Virus record (IMG/VR): IMGVR_UViG_3300037070_000806
Span: 1 to 43,958 of that record
Reading direction: 5' to 3' (one strand)
Source: a virus
Lineage: Duplodnaviria > Caudoviricetes
DNA: 43,958 nt
A program made the position numbers and the translations under genes. The notes under the pieces were generated by a model that worked only from the letters and a program-made list of their open reading frames with translations, searched no databases and was not told the DNA's origin. This document shows positions 18,298 through 28,233 of the stretch, piece by piece (position 1 is the first letter of the stretch; the number at the start of each line of letters is the position of its first letter).

Positions 18298-19914
18298 ATG
18301 ACACTCAGTTATACGCTGCATTTCCATCTCGCGGTGCCAGACTTCCTCTCGGAGCCTTGGCATGGTGAGTTCGCGCAGGCAATGGACTCCATCGACAACG
18401 CCTTGTGGAACATTGTAGGCTCTACAGGGGCAACGATATGGACGAATAGCACACTCTACCATGTAGGCGCGCTGGTTATTGATACTACTACAGGGCGTCT
18501 TTTCATTGCCATTCTTGAACATACTAGTGCAGGTGCGCCAACAACGTTTGAGCAGGATCGCAATGCTAATCCGCTAAACTGGGCTACGTCGATACTTGAA
18601 CTGGCAACGCAAGCAGAAGCAGAAGCTGGTGTCGATAATTCCAAGTTCATGTCGCCACTGCGGACTGCTCAGGCTATTGCTGTACAATCGCCTGTACCTG
18701 GGATCGCCTCGGAGGCAGAGGCAATTGCGGGGACTGATAATACGACGATTATGACACCGCTGCGTGTCAATCAGGTATCTGGTTCTACAGTAAGCGCACA
18801 TCCAGGTGGTCGGTTGACGCTTTCGTCAGGTAATGCTGTGATGGCTGCAAGCGTTACAGGTGCAGCTAATCTATTCTATACACCGCATATAAGCCGGATC
18901 ATTCCAATCTGGGGAGGTAATGGATTTGCATCTGTAGACTGTTGGGATGAGTTAGTAGCAGGTCTGAACGATACGACGCACAATCCAAGTGCGCTTACAG
19001 CTAATAAGGTATTCGATTGGTTTGTGTGGGTCGACAGTGCGCCTGTCACTATCGCAGGGGCGCCTGGAGTAATTACTTTAAACAACCACGGCTTCAGAGC
19101 AGGTCATCCATTTAGACTCTCCTCCACTGGTGTGCTGCCTTCGCCACTGCAACCTAATACGAATTACTACGTGATCTCTACGGGACTAGCAGCAGGTACG
19201 TTCCTGTTCTCAGCAACTAAGGGTGGCGCAGCGATAAACGTAACAGGAGGGGCAGGAGTTCATACGCTTGAAACGCGGCGACTAACGCATGGACCTGCGT
19301 GGACGAACAACACTACAAGAAGCGCAGGGACGGCTCTCAGTCGTGCTCGAGGCATTTGGCTTAACGGCGTAGCGATTACAAACGGGCCTGCGCTCGAGCG
19401 AGGGACTTATGTAGGCACAACATACAACTCAACGGCTAATCAGTTGGCATTTCGCTTTGGAGCCAATAGCCAATCTGCACGGTTTAACGTCTGGAACATG
19501 TACAATCGCGTTAGTGTTGGCGCTATGGTCATCGAGAATCTGGACTCATGGCTCAGTACTAGCGTTGGCAACTGGCAGATGTACAACAATTCTGCTGAGA
19601 ATAGAGTCGAGATGGTAGTGGGGCTACAGGAGGAGGCGGTTGATGTAACGTTCATAGCAGTCTACGCAACAGATGGGGCTGCGTATGCTGCGATTGGCTT
19701 GGACTACGCAACGGACGGTGATAACCCAGCAGACCCCACTATCTTCGGATCGGTAGGCGCTAGTCAGGGCGAGTTGACATCGAAGTGGACCGCTTTGCCT
19801 CCACTTGGCTTCCACTACTGGCAAGCTATCGAGGCTGCGGTAGGCAACACCACCTTCTATGGATACACCGTAGGAAGTACGTCTGCAGGAATAACGTTCA
19901 TGACGCGAATGTAG
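18298..19914 (+). CDS. Tail fibre/receptor-binding protein
   Basis: Two A...EA.AG.DN...M.PLR fibre repeats, GGRLTL, VWNMYNR motifs. Confidence 0.75.
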   Translation: MTLSYTLHFHLAVPDFLSEPWHGEFAQAMDSIDNALWNIVGSTGATIWTNSTLYHVGALVIDTTTGRLFIAILEHTSAGAPTTFEQDRNANPLNWATSILELATQAEAEAGVDNSKFMSPLRTAQAIAVQSPVPGIASEAEAIAGTDNTTIMTPLRVNQVSGSTVSAHPGGRLTLSSGNAVMAASVTGAANLFYTPHISRIIPIWGGNGFASVDCWDELVAGLNDTTHNPSALTANKVFDWFVWVDSAPVTIAGAPGVITLNNHGFRAGHPFRLSSTGVLPSPLQPNTNYYVISTGLAAGTFLFSATKGGAAINVTGGAGVHTLETRRLTHGPAWTNNTTRSAGTALSRARGIWLNGVAITNGPALERGTYVGTTYNSTANQLAFRFGANSQSARFNVWNMYNRVSVGAMVIENLDSWLSTSVGNWQMYNNSAENRVEMVVGLQEEAVDVTFIAVYATDGAAYAAIGLDYATDGDNPADPTIFGSVGASQGELTSKWTALPPLGFHYWQAIEAAVGNTTFYGYTVGSTSAGITFMTRM

Positions 19915-19940
19915 TTGTATGACTCATACAGGAGGGCATC

Positions 19941-20654
19941 ATGTCCTGGCTAAGTAGCATAGTAAATAGCGCAGCTGGTTGGGGTGGTGAAGACCCGAAC
20001 GCGATCCTACAACGTCAACAAGCAGCGGCTGCGGCTGCGGCTGCGGCTGAGCAAGAGCGTCTACGCCAAGCAGCACAGGCTGCAGGGCTGGCACAAGCAG
20101 GATCAGGTGGAGGAGCTTTTGGAGGTGTAGAGGCAGCACCGACTCCTTTGGATGCTGGCTTCGAGATGGGGTTACTGCCAAACAGCTTTGCTGATCCATT
20201 CATCGACTCGTCGATGGCGTCAGGGCGCGCTAAGGCAGACGATTATATTAGTAACATGTTGAAGCGAGGAACTACTACAGCAACAGGAGCGGACGCGGCT
20301 AGAGCAGCTCTTACCGCTCAAGACCCAACTGTTAGGTCGCAGATATCAGACATTAGCAATACACTCCTTAATCAAGAACGTGAGAAGCTTCGTAGCTTTG
20401 GGCCAGGCGGAGACATAAATCCCGCACAGGCAGAGGCAAGTGCGTTCCAAGGAGGGTTCGGTAGTGCCTTGTCAGGTGCTCTCCCTGCCGAACTGTATAG
20501 TACTGCGGGTCTAGGTGGTGCTGCCGGTGCTGCTACTAACTCAAGAAACATCACACTCGATCCGTACGCATCTGAGGGTGGACTTAAAACCGGGTTAACT
20601 GACGCCGAAGCAAAGACGCCTGGTGCTAAGAAGCGTACGACGGCTGTATTCTAG
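19941..20654 (+). CDS. Putative internal virion/ejection protein
   Basis: Ala/Gly/Gln-rich, GGAGG RBS, position after the tail genes. Confidence 0.6.
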   Translation: MSWLSSIVNSAAGWGGEDPNAILQRQQAAAAAAAAAEQERLRQAAQAAGLAQAGSGGGAFGGVEAAPTPLDAGFEMGLLPNSFADPFIDSSMASGRAKADDYISNMLKRGTTTATGADAARAALTAQDPTVRSQISDISNTLLNQEREKLRSFGPGGDINPAQAEASAFQGGFGSALSGALPAELYSTAGLGGAAGAATNSRNITLDPYASEGGLKTGLTDAEAKTPGAKKRTTAVF

Positions 20655-20663
20655 GAGGATATC

Positions 20664-21437
20664 ATGTCTTGGCTCAGCGAATTATTCAACCCTAAGTCAT
20701 CGGCACCTCCAGCATACACACCGCCGGCGGACAACAGCGCGGCGATGATGAAGATGCAGATCGACTACCTAAATAGCCTACGAGAAGATCAGGCGAAGAA
20801 GGATGCTTTGTTCCAAGCACAAGACCCAACTGCAACTCGTCAAGCCGCACTAGGGACTGTAGGTGGCGCCTTCGCTCCTGAGTTTCAAAGCTCGTGGCTA
20901 CCTGGAACGACTACAGACGCACTCGAAGCAGAGTACTACGGAAAGCAACGTGCTGGTGTAGATGAATACCTGAACAATCTCTTCAAGCGAGGCGTGATCA
21001 CAGACGTTGGGCGCAATAGGGCGAACGAGGAGATTGAGCGGCAATCTACAGGTGTTCGCACAAAGTTGGACTCGATAGGGCAGATGCTCCTAAACCAAGA
21101 ACGTGATACGCTTGCCGGCTATGCTGACCGTGCTCGTGGAGCCGCATCCTCGTTGCCTGTAGGCGGTTCGTTCGACATCTCGCCGTTTACGACAGGAGCA
21201 CAGGGTGAGCTTGCCTCATTCCAAGGAAAGCTTGGCGATCTGTATGGTTCACAGGTGCCAGCAGACCTATTTGATAAGACTGTACTTGCTGCGATGGCTG
21301 GTGGCGCTCAAGGTGCTGGCAATCGCCCATTCGATCCCGAGGCTGTGGCTGGGACTAATGTCGGGGTTACGGATAGCACAGAAGACCCATTCGCGCCGAA
21401 GAAAACTACAGCGCCACGTTCATCGACGGTGTTCTAG
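20664..21437 (+). CDS. Putative internal virion/ejection protein, paralogue of 19941..20654
   Basis: Shared MSWLS start, KRG, LLNQER and terminal VF. Confidence 0.62.
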   Translation: MSWLSELFNPKSSAPPAYTPPADNSAAMMKMQIDYLNSLREDQAKKDALFQAQDPTATRQAALGTVGGAFAPEFQSSWLPGTTTDALEAEYYGKQRAGVDEYLNNLFKRGVITDVGRNRANEEIERQSTGVRTKLDSIGQMLLNQERDTLAGYADRARGAASSLPVGGSFDISPFTTGAQGELASFQGKLGDLYGSQVPADLFDKTVLAAMAGGAQGAGNRPFDPEAVAGTNVGVTDSTEDPFAPKKTTAPRSSTVF

Positions 21438-21479
21438 ACTTGACAAGCCGTTGTATGAGTCATACATAAGGAGGGCGAC

Positions 21480-22610
21480 ATGCCTTTCGATCCAATCTCT
21501 CTAGGCATCGCTGGTGCTGGCGCGCTCTTTGACTTCATCAAGGGTCGGCAGGCACAAAACTCTGCTAGCTCAGGACTGGCAGCGCAGCAACAATACCTAG
21601 CGAATGCCTTAGCGGAGGCACGCTATGGAAAATCGCAAGCTATGCAGACCGCTGGAGGTCTTCGTGAAGACCAATTTGGGAATACAACCTACTATGACCC
21701 AGCACAAGGACGATGGGTTACTTCCTTCTCCCCCATGCAGCAACGACTTATCGACGAAGGACAACAACGACAGAGACGTGCTCAGATTAGGGGTAGTCAG
21801 GCTTCGGAAGACTACGACCGACTACGCGCCGAATATCTTTATAACAAGCCTAAAACCGAGGCTCAGAGTTATTCCGAAATAGTTCAACTGCTGCAGGATG
21901 CGATGGGTACAGGAGAGCGTGGAGTAAACACGCTCATGAACCGCTTTGGCATCCGCACAGCGGGGAACCTACCGCAGATCACACAGATGGATACGGGGCC
22001 AAGCCCAAGTCAGCAGCTGGCTGAGACGATGCTCAAGGCTAGGACCTCAGCGCTCGATGAGTCGCTTAAGCGTCAGTCGGGGCATGGTTCTCAGTACCTA
22101 CCTGCCATGAAGCAGTTCGAGGACACGGCGAATTATGTGGCTCCCGAAGACCCAACGGGTAAAGGTATCGTGGGTATGGCGCAGCAGGGAATACAAGACC
22201 TGTTGAAGACCGGGACTGCATACGATCAGTTGCTTGGGAACATCAACATCGGAGGCGCTCGAACCGTCGGCTCTGCACAGGATTCGCTAACAAAATCCAT
22301 TATGGGCGATAAGACCGGAAGCGATCTCATGAGCCTTGCTAAGATGATGATGCCTGGTGCAGAAAAGGCAGGAGTGGGAGCGAAGGCGTCAGGTACGAGC
22401 GTTGATAGTGACGGCAACTCTTCTGGTAGCTCCATTGGAGACTGGGATCGTCGTTACAATTTTGGCCCGCCGACTAAGGGTGTAGGCGGTGAAGCCGCGC
22501 CATTTGGAGGTGCGTCACTTGCGGATTGGGAGTTCGCTAGAGCAAACGATCCGTACAACTTCACTCCGGCGCAGTCGATCAATGACCGCTTTGGTAACTG
22601 GTTGCTCTAA
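21480..22610 (+). CDS. Putative DNA ejection protein
   Basis: DPISLGIAGAGALF N-terminus typical of podovirus ejection proteins; Gln/Ala-rich; AAGGAGG RBS. Confidence 0.65.
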   Translation: MPFDPISLGIAGAGALFDFIKGRQAQNSASSGLAAQQQYLANALAEARYGKSQAMQTAGGLREDQFGNTTYYDPAQGRWVTSFSPMQQRLIDEGQQRQRRAQIRGSQASEDYDRLRAEYLYNKPKTEAQSYSEIVQLLQDAMGTGERGVNTLMNRFGIRTAGNLPQITQMDTGPSPSQQLAETMLKARTSALDESLKRQSGHGSQYLPAMKQFEDTANYVAPEDPTGKGIVGMAQQGIQDLLKTGTAYDQLLGNINIGGARTVGSAQDSLTKSIMGDKTGSDLMSLAKMMMPGAEKAGVGAKASGTSVDSDGNSSGSSIGDWDRRYNFGPPTKGVGGEAAPFGGASLADWEFARANDPYNFTPAQSINDRFGNWLL

Positions 22611-22622
22611 TAGGAGTTAAAC

Positions 22623-22949
22623 ATGAATAATCCTTTGACAGAACAGATGATGGCGGCCCAGGGTGCAGGACCGTCAGACGAAGACATGCTCGAGCAGGTT
22701 CGTATGGGTATGGGTAATCAGGATGGTCCTCCTCCTGGTAGTGGTATGAAGTGGCAAGACTTAGCAGAGGACCAGCAGGCACTTATGTCTGATCCCAACC
22801 CAATGAACGTGCAGGCATTCGTCCAGTACTGGGGACAAGAGAACCTTCCACCCGAACTACAACAAATGATGGGTGGCGGAAAAACTGGGTTGCCAATGGC
22901 AGCTGAACAGGGTGCGGCACCTCCAGAGGCAGCCGAAGGAGAATACTAA
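22623..22949 (+). CDS. Hypothetical protein (108 aa)
   Basis: AGGAG RBS; Met/Gln/Pro-rich. Confidence 0.7.
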   Translation: MNNPLTEQMMAAQGAGPSDEDMLEQVRMGMGNQDGPPPGSGMKWQDLAEDQQALMSDPNPMNVQAFVQYWGQENLPPELQQMMGGGKTGLPMAAEQGAAPPEAAEGEY

Positions 22950-23254
22950 TGGCTAACTACGAAGAGTTCATGGACCCCAACTCAGCGATTGCTCGCATTA
23001 TCATGCAGATGCAGAATGCGGCAACCAGAAGCAATCCTGATGTGATCAGTCAAGGGCAACTGCAAGGCGATCTGCAACCGGGAGGAGCGCAGCCTGGACC
23101 TGTAGGTGCGGGTCCGGGAATGGAAACACAGATGGGGCCTGAACTACGATCAGATATGGATCAGTTCAATGGAACCGTTCGGCCTCCGATCCCTGAGGAT
23201 ATGTCGGCACAGGCATATGTCGAGCAGCTTCTTCGAGGCATGAACATTCAATAA
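22949..23254 (+). CDS. Hypothetical protein (101 aa)
   Basis: AAGGAG RBS; TAATG coupling. Confidence 0.7.
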   Translation: MANYEEFMDPNSAIARIIMQMQNAATRSNPDVISQGQLQGDLQPGGAQPGPVGAGPGMETQMGPELRSDMDQFNGTVRPPIPEDMSAQAYVEQLLRGMNIQ

Positions 23255-23305
23255 CCTGTGTGAGTCGGGTCGCTTAATTCACTCAACCTTGTGTGAGTCA
23301 TACAG

Positions 23306-26300
23306 ATGGTAGAAATTCGAACCGGCCTATTCGTGCCTGTCAAAGACAACGTACAAGAAGATTTGCAGGCACTACTTGGCGACGAGGAAGAGAAAAAGTA
23401 TCCGGGATTTAAGGCTCTACGTACACCGCAGGGCGACGTTTATTACGTCCCGAGCGGCGAAGTTGTACCTGAAGGAGTTACGGGAACCTCACTTCAACAG
23501 GATGAAATTCCAATTCCGTATGTCAGTCTACCGGACGTACCGAAGGAAGACCCTGTTTCTCAGCCCGCATCTAGTGGAACGGCTGTTCCCAAGGAGGTTC
23601 CTCCTACTGTCTACGACGTAACACCATCTGAGACAGTTCCGGAGACGCCTGCCGAGCAGCTCGAGAAGCTCCTTCCTCCTGCGACAGAGGCCGTTCCAGA
23701 GACTCCGCCTGAGCCACCTCCGCCTGAGACTAAGCCTGAGCCTGAAGAACCAACTGCCGCTGAGAAGGCCCTTGAAACTATCACCAAGGGCTTCTTTGCT
23801 GTTCGTAAATCTACAGAGCCAATTCGACAAGCCGTTGCGAAGCCTCTCGCTGGGCTTGCCGCCATTCCTTGGATGGTTCCTGCCGGCTTTGAAGCGATCC
23901 GTGGCTTGCAACACCATGACGAGGCGGAGCGCAAGCTTTCAGTGGCAAATGCTGAGTGGTTGCAGGAACAAGGACTAGGCGCATACAAGGGAGTTCACAA
24001 GATACTTGGGGCGGAGACACAACCTGAAACTGGCGTCGAGCATGTTGCTGGTCAGCTCGCCTCTAGTTATGTCCCTGGTAGCAAGGTAGCAACTGGCGCT
24101 ATGTTCGGCGTCAATGAACTCATGCGGTATCTGAAAGGTGATCCGGCTACGATGACGCCGGAGGAAAAGGCAACGAATGAGGCACGCATGAGAGTGCCGA
24201 AGGCGTTGGCTGAGTTGCTCCTGACACCTGCTGAAGCGGGGGAGGCTGAGGATCGTGCTGCTGCGCTCGAGCGTTTGAAACAAGGACAAGGCGCGCGGCC
24301 CGTTCCTGGTGTGCCTGTGCCAGCAACTGGAAAGCCTGGAGAGCCAAAGAAAAAGAAAGGTCCGACGATCACGCCTGTATCGCCAGAGCAACTCCAAGAA
24401 CAGCCTGTAGCGTCGGGCAAGGTTCCTATGCCTGCCCCACCTATAGGGGCTGTGACACCTGACTCTATCCTACGCAAGCCCCATGCGCCCAAGCCTCCTG
24501 GGAAGAAAAAGGACGAATTGCCTGACGCATACGCAAAACGGCTAGCGGAGTACGACAAGAAGATGAAGGAGTACGTTCGACTAGATGAAGAATGGCGGAA
24601 GCAATTCAACCCATCTGCGACGTTTACTATGAATACCGTTGGAGGAATGAAGGAAGTAAAAGCCGGTGACCTGTGGGGGATGGGCATCATGGCTATTGGC
24701 ACCGCGGGAATGATTGCAACGCCTTACGTGTACAGAGCATTTAGACAAGCTCTTGTGCCTAAGCCAATGACGGCAGAAGAAGCCGCAGCACGCGCTCGAC
24801 CTGTGCCGGGAGCTGCGCCGGGGACGATTACCAATACGGGTGTAGGTGATGCGCTTCGTGCCGTAACACTGGACATAAACCTCGCAACAGTCAGACTCGC
24901 TGAGAAGGCGATGATGCACCCTGCCGCTGTAGACTCCCTCGAGCAAATGCTCCGAAGCGGGGGTCATACGCAAGGTCAGGCGTTAATCGACTCTGGAATA
25001 AGAAACGGCTGGATGCGAACGAATACAATGGAGTTCAAGACACCTAACTCGCTTGAAGACATCAATCGCGCTATTACCGCGACAGATCAACAGATGGGGA
25101 ACAAGAACGGCACCCGTTACTTGATCGTACGCGACATTCTTGAGCAGATCACTCTCGCAGAGGCACAGGCGAAGAACGCTGGAAATCAAGCCACGCAGGA
25201 GCTGGGTAAGATATTTCAGAAGGTGGGCAAGCGTACAGACGTACAAGTGTTTTCTCCGAAGGTAGGCCCTGATGCGGAAATCAAAATCAACGGGCTGACT
25301 AAGGATGACGCGCTGAATATTCAAAGTGTCCTCGAGAAGATGAATCCTGACCTCAAACAGCTTGGGGCGATGTGGGACCGCTGGAACATCGACAAGCGCA
25401 AGTTTCAGGCCGATGGCGAAGCTGCGACGTTAACGAAACGAGAAGCGAAGGATATGAACATCTATAACAAGAGTGACATACCGTGGGGCGCTAAGATCGG
25501 TAAGGATACTCCGTTCGATGATCGTGTGAGTCATACAAACATCGTTGACGCTCAGAACTACAAGTCGCGTGTAGAGTTCGCGGAGCGCTTGCAGAACGAG
25601 ATCAAGCTGTCCTTCGTTGATAAAATGCGTCAACTAAATAAAGGCTACTTCGTGCAGATCAGTAAAGAGGAACTCGCAGGGCGCCCCGAATACAAGCCGT
25701 ACACAGTCGAAGTCTACCGCAATGGAAAACAAGAGTTCTATACTACTGATAGAACGACGCGAGATTTCCTGAACCTCGATCCGTACATCATTGAGCAAGG
25801 CTTCGCTCACTATATGAACGTAGCAAAGCGTACAGTCGAGACCATCTACACCGGCAACTTAAATCCTGCGTTCTCTATTAAAAATGCGCTTCGCGTGTGG
25901 CATACCGCTAAACAAACCGCCGAAGAGGGTAGATATACGCCCTCGATTTGGGGTATGGCTAAGGCTGTTCCTGAACAAGTCTATCCGCAACTTGCGCGGT
26001 TCCTGTCTGAGAAAGTTGAGGAAGGCGGTGGGAAACGCATGTCGCAGTTCTTCGGACGTATCGGAGGGATGGACCCTGTACAGGCCGAAGCTGCGCGTCA
26101 AGCTTTGGGTCGTCGCTGGGCTGCACAGTTTGACGATCATACCTTTAAGCTAATCGAGGCACATGGGGGCGCTCGCGGCAGCTTGATGGAGCAGCAGCAT
26201 AGAACGGCAGAGCAGGCAAGGCTTGGCATTGCTGAAGGCGATAAGAAAATGTCCGCGGCAGGTGAAGCGGCTGCGCGGTACTGGGACTACTTCAAGCGTG

Positions 26301-27997
26301 GATACACAACAACACTTAGCTCTATTCATGAAGCGCCACAGTACAACTACGTTAAGCAGAACATGGGTAAGGGCATCCCACTTGACCAATTAATCGCAGA
26401 AGCTAGAAACCTTGGTGGTGATCCAAAGATCGGTGGACAGTATCGCTTCAAAGACCCTATGGTTGGAGAACGTGGTAAGTATCGGCCGATGGAGTTCGAG
26501 GGGACACCTACTCAAAACGCTCTCATGAAGTGGGGAGTACGTCCTACAGCCGTTGCTGCTGAGGTAATGCGCGCTGGTCCTTGGGGCAATGCCATCATGC
26601 AATCAGTTGGGCGTGTTGGTGCGGCGTATCTAGAGAACCCTGCCCTATTCACAGGAAAGATGTACGCCTATTCTGTAGCGCCAGCAGCAGGAGCCTATCT
26701 TTGGAACTATCAAAACGGCCTCGACCCTAATGGGAAGTCATACGTAGATCACGACATGAATGGCCGCAACAAGTACGACTCCATGACCAACGTGTATCTG
26801 GCCATTCCGGGTTTGCCGGCTGCGGATGGGCTAAGGCTGCCGATCATCGGACTCGAGTTCTCACTCCCGTGGGCGATGACTAAGGTCGCTATGGATCATA
26901 TGTTCGGACAGAATAAACTAGACCTGCGAACTGACGCTAAACAGGCTCTCATGGCGGCTGCGGACATCTCGATCAACGTGCCTCTGAACCCATTCATCGC
27001 TCTATGGGAAACCTCACAGGGCCGCATACCGCCTATGAACATAATGGGCGGAGAAGCAATCAAGCCTAGCAAAGACCCATTTGACCAGTTTAGATCAATG
27101 CCAGAGAGCATTGAACGATACGTTCGACAGCTCGGTGGCATTGGTGCTGCTGTTGGAGAGGGATGGGCAGCATACTCACATACGGATGAAGGCTTAGTGA
27201 AGGGCATTCAGAATGGACTTAAGGGTGCGGTACTGTCACAGGTTCGACAAGTGCCTATCATGAACAACCTCTTCGATGCACAGCCAAAGATGAGTGGCTC
27301 GAATAAAATCACAGAAGAGTACTTCGGAAAGATGAAGTCTATTGACGTTATCGTCAAGCACTTCAAAGATAAAGTCATCAACGCTGGTGTGATTAACACG
27401 AAGCCTGCAAGTACCCTTGGCGGAGAGGTGGCTGATAAGATGCTCGGGCCGCCAGTACCACCGATTACACCAGGACCGCCACAGCCTGCACCGAACAGCG
27501 AATTGTACAATCAGTTCATGTCAACCATCTATGCCCGGTTCAAAAGAGACAATCCTGGCTATAGTCAGAAGGGAGAAGACCTTGGAGGCGTAGGCTTCAT
27601 CTCACTGTTACGTCGATGGGGTGATAGTTCGGCAGCCATTAAGAGCATGGAGTACGTTGACGCAGGGCTTCATCCCAAGTGGCAGACATGGCTGAACAAG
27701 CCAGAGAACGAGCAGCTTCGTGACTGGCTTAAGGAGAACAATGTCGATCAGAAGAATGCTCGAGCCGTCAGAAACGTGTTCGAAGAGAAACGCCAAGCCG
27801 CTGGCTTAACGCTTCTCTACTACATCAATGCTGTCGAAAATGAACTGACAGCCAAGAGGCGCGCAGGTGATCCGGCACTAGGAATCCCCCCCAATCCCAA
27901 TGCCCCACCTGTGCGCCTCGAGGATATTGAACCATACACGTTTGGTACGACGGCGAGTCAGTTTGGCGAGGCATTTAGCGGTGAAGGAGTGCCATAG
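23306..27997 (+). CDS. Large internal virion/ejection protein (1563 aa)
   Basis: Very long, mostly helical ORF at the end of the structural arm; Pro/Glu-rich N-terminus. Confidence 0.7.
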   Translation: MVEIRTGLFVPVKDNVQEDLQALLGDEEEKKYPGFKALRTPQGDVYYVPSGEVVPEGVTGTSLQQDEIPIPYVSLPDVPKEDPVSQPASSGTAVPKEVPPTVYDVTPSETVPETPAEQLEKLLPPATEAVPETPPEPPPPETKPEPEEPTAAEKALETITKGFFAVRKSTEPIRQAVAKPLAGLAAIPWMVPAGFEAIRGLQHHDEAERKLSVANAEWLQEQGLGAYKGVHKILGAETQPETGVEHVAGQLASSYVPGSKVATGAMFGVNELMRYLKGDPATMTPEEKATNEARMRVPKALAELLLTPAEAGEAEDRAAALERLKQGQGARPVPGVPVPATGKPGEPKKKKGPTITPVSPEQLQEQPVASGKVPMPAPPIGAVTPDSILRKPHAPKPPGKKKDELPDAYAKRLAEYDKKMKEYVRLDEEWRKQFNPSATFTMNTVGGMKEVKAGDLWGMGIMAIGTAGMIATPYVYRAFRQALVPKPMTAEEAAARARPVPGAAPGTITNTGVGDALRAVTLDINLATVRLAEKAMMHPAAVDSLEQMLRSGGHTQGQALIDSGIRNGWMRTNTMEFKTPNSLEDINRAITATDQQMGNKNGTRYLIVRDILEQITLAEAQAKNAGNQATQELGKIFQKVGKRTDVQVFSPKVGPDAEIKINGLTKDDALNIQSVLEKMNPDLKQLGAMWDRWNIDKRKFQADGEAATLTKREAKDMNIYNKSDIPWGAKIGKDTPFDDRVSHTNIVDAQNYKSRVEFAERLQNEIKLSFVDKMRQLNKGYFVQISKEELAGRPEYKPYTVEVYRNGKQEFYTTDRTTRDFLNLDPYIIEQGFAHYMNVAKRTVETIYTGNLNPAFSIKNALRVWHTAKQTAEEGRYTPSIWGMAKAVPEQVYPQLARFLSEKVEEGGGKRMSQFFGRIGGMDPVQAEAARQALGRRWAAQFDDHTFKLIEAHGGARGSLMEQQHRTAEQARLGIAEGDKKMSAAGEAAARYWDYFKRGYTTTLSSIHEAPQYNYVKQNMGKGIPLDQLIAEARNLGGDPKIGGQYRFKDPMVGERGKYRPMEFEGTPTQNALMKWGVRPTAVAAEVMRAGPWGNAIMQSVGRVGAAYLENPALFTGKMYAYSVAPAAGAYLWNYQNGLDPNGKSYVDHDMNGRNKYDSMTNVYLAIPGLPAADGLRLPIIGLEFSLPWAMTKVAMDHMFGQNKLDLRTDAKQALMAAADISINVPLNPFIALWETSQGRIPPMNIMGGEAIKPSKDPFDQFRSMPESIERYVRQLGGIGAAVGEGWAAYSHTDEGLVKGIQNGLKGAVLSQVRQVPIMNNLFDAQPKMSGSNKITEEYFGKMKSIDVIVKHFKDKVINAGVINTKPASTLGGEVADKMLGPPVPPITPGPPQPAPNSELYNQFMSTIYARFKRDNPGYSQKGEDLGGVGFISLLRRWGDSSAAIKSMEYVDAGLHPKWQTWLNKPENEQLRDWLKENNVDQKNARAVRNVFEEKRQAAGLTLLYYINAVENELTAKRRAGDPALGIPPNPNAPPVRLEDIEPYTFGTTASQFGEAFSGEGVP

Positions 27998-28014
27998 TTG
28001 TATGACTCACACAA

Positions 28015-28233
28015 CTACATGTTCAGGTAGTCTGTCGCTCGCCAGATGACACGTTTGGGGTCCAGCGTAAACCGCTGGACCTTTTCTTCCTGCCAGAGTG
28101 AATGAAGCTCTGTGATTATATCCTCTTTAGGAATGTGCTGGAACCGCCGAAGTATCTCTTTCTCCGTGTGCCCCGATGTTCCTGACGCTATAAGGTATGC
28201 AGACAACACAGCTCTAACGTCCCTGATAGTCAC
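28015..28233 (-). CDS. Small winged-helix-like protein
   Basis: GGAGG RBS and GTGA overlap with the pol stop; helix-helix-helix-hairpin pattern ending KVQRF...VIWR. Confidence 0.5.
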   Translation of the reverse strand: MTIRDVRAVLSAYLIASGTSGHTEKEILRRFQHIPKEDIITELHSLWQEEKVQRFTLDPKRVIWRATDYLNM

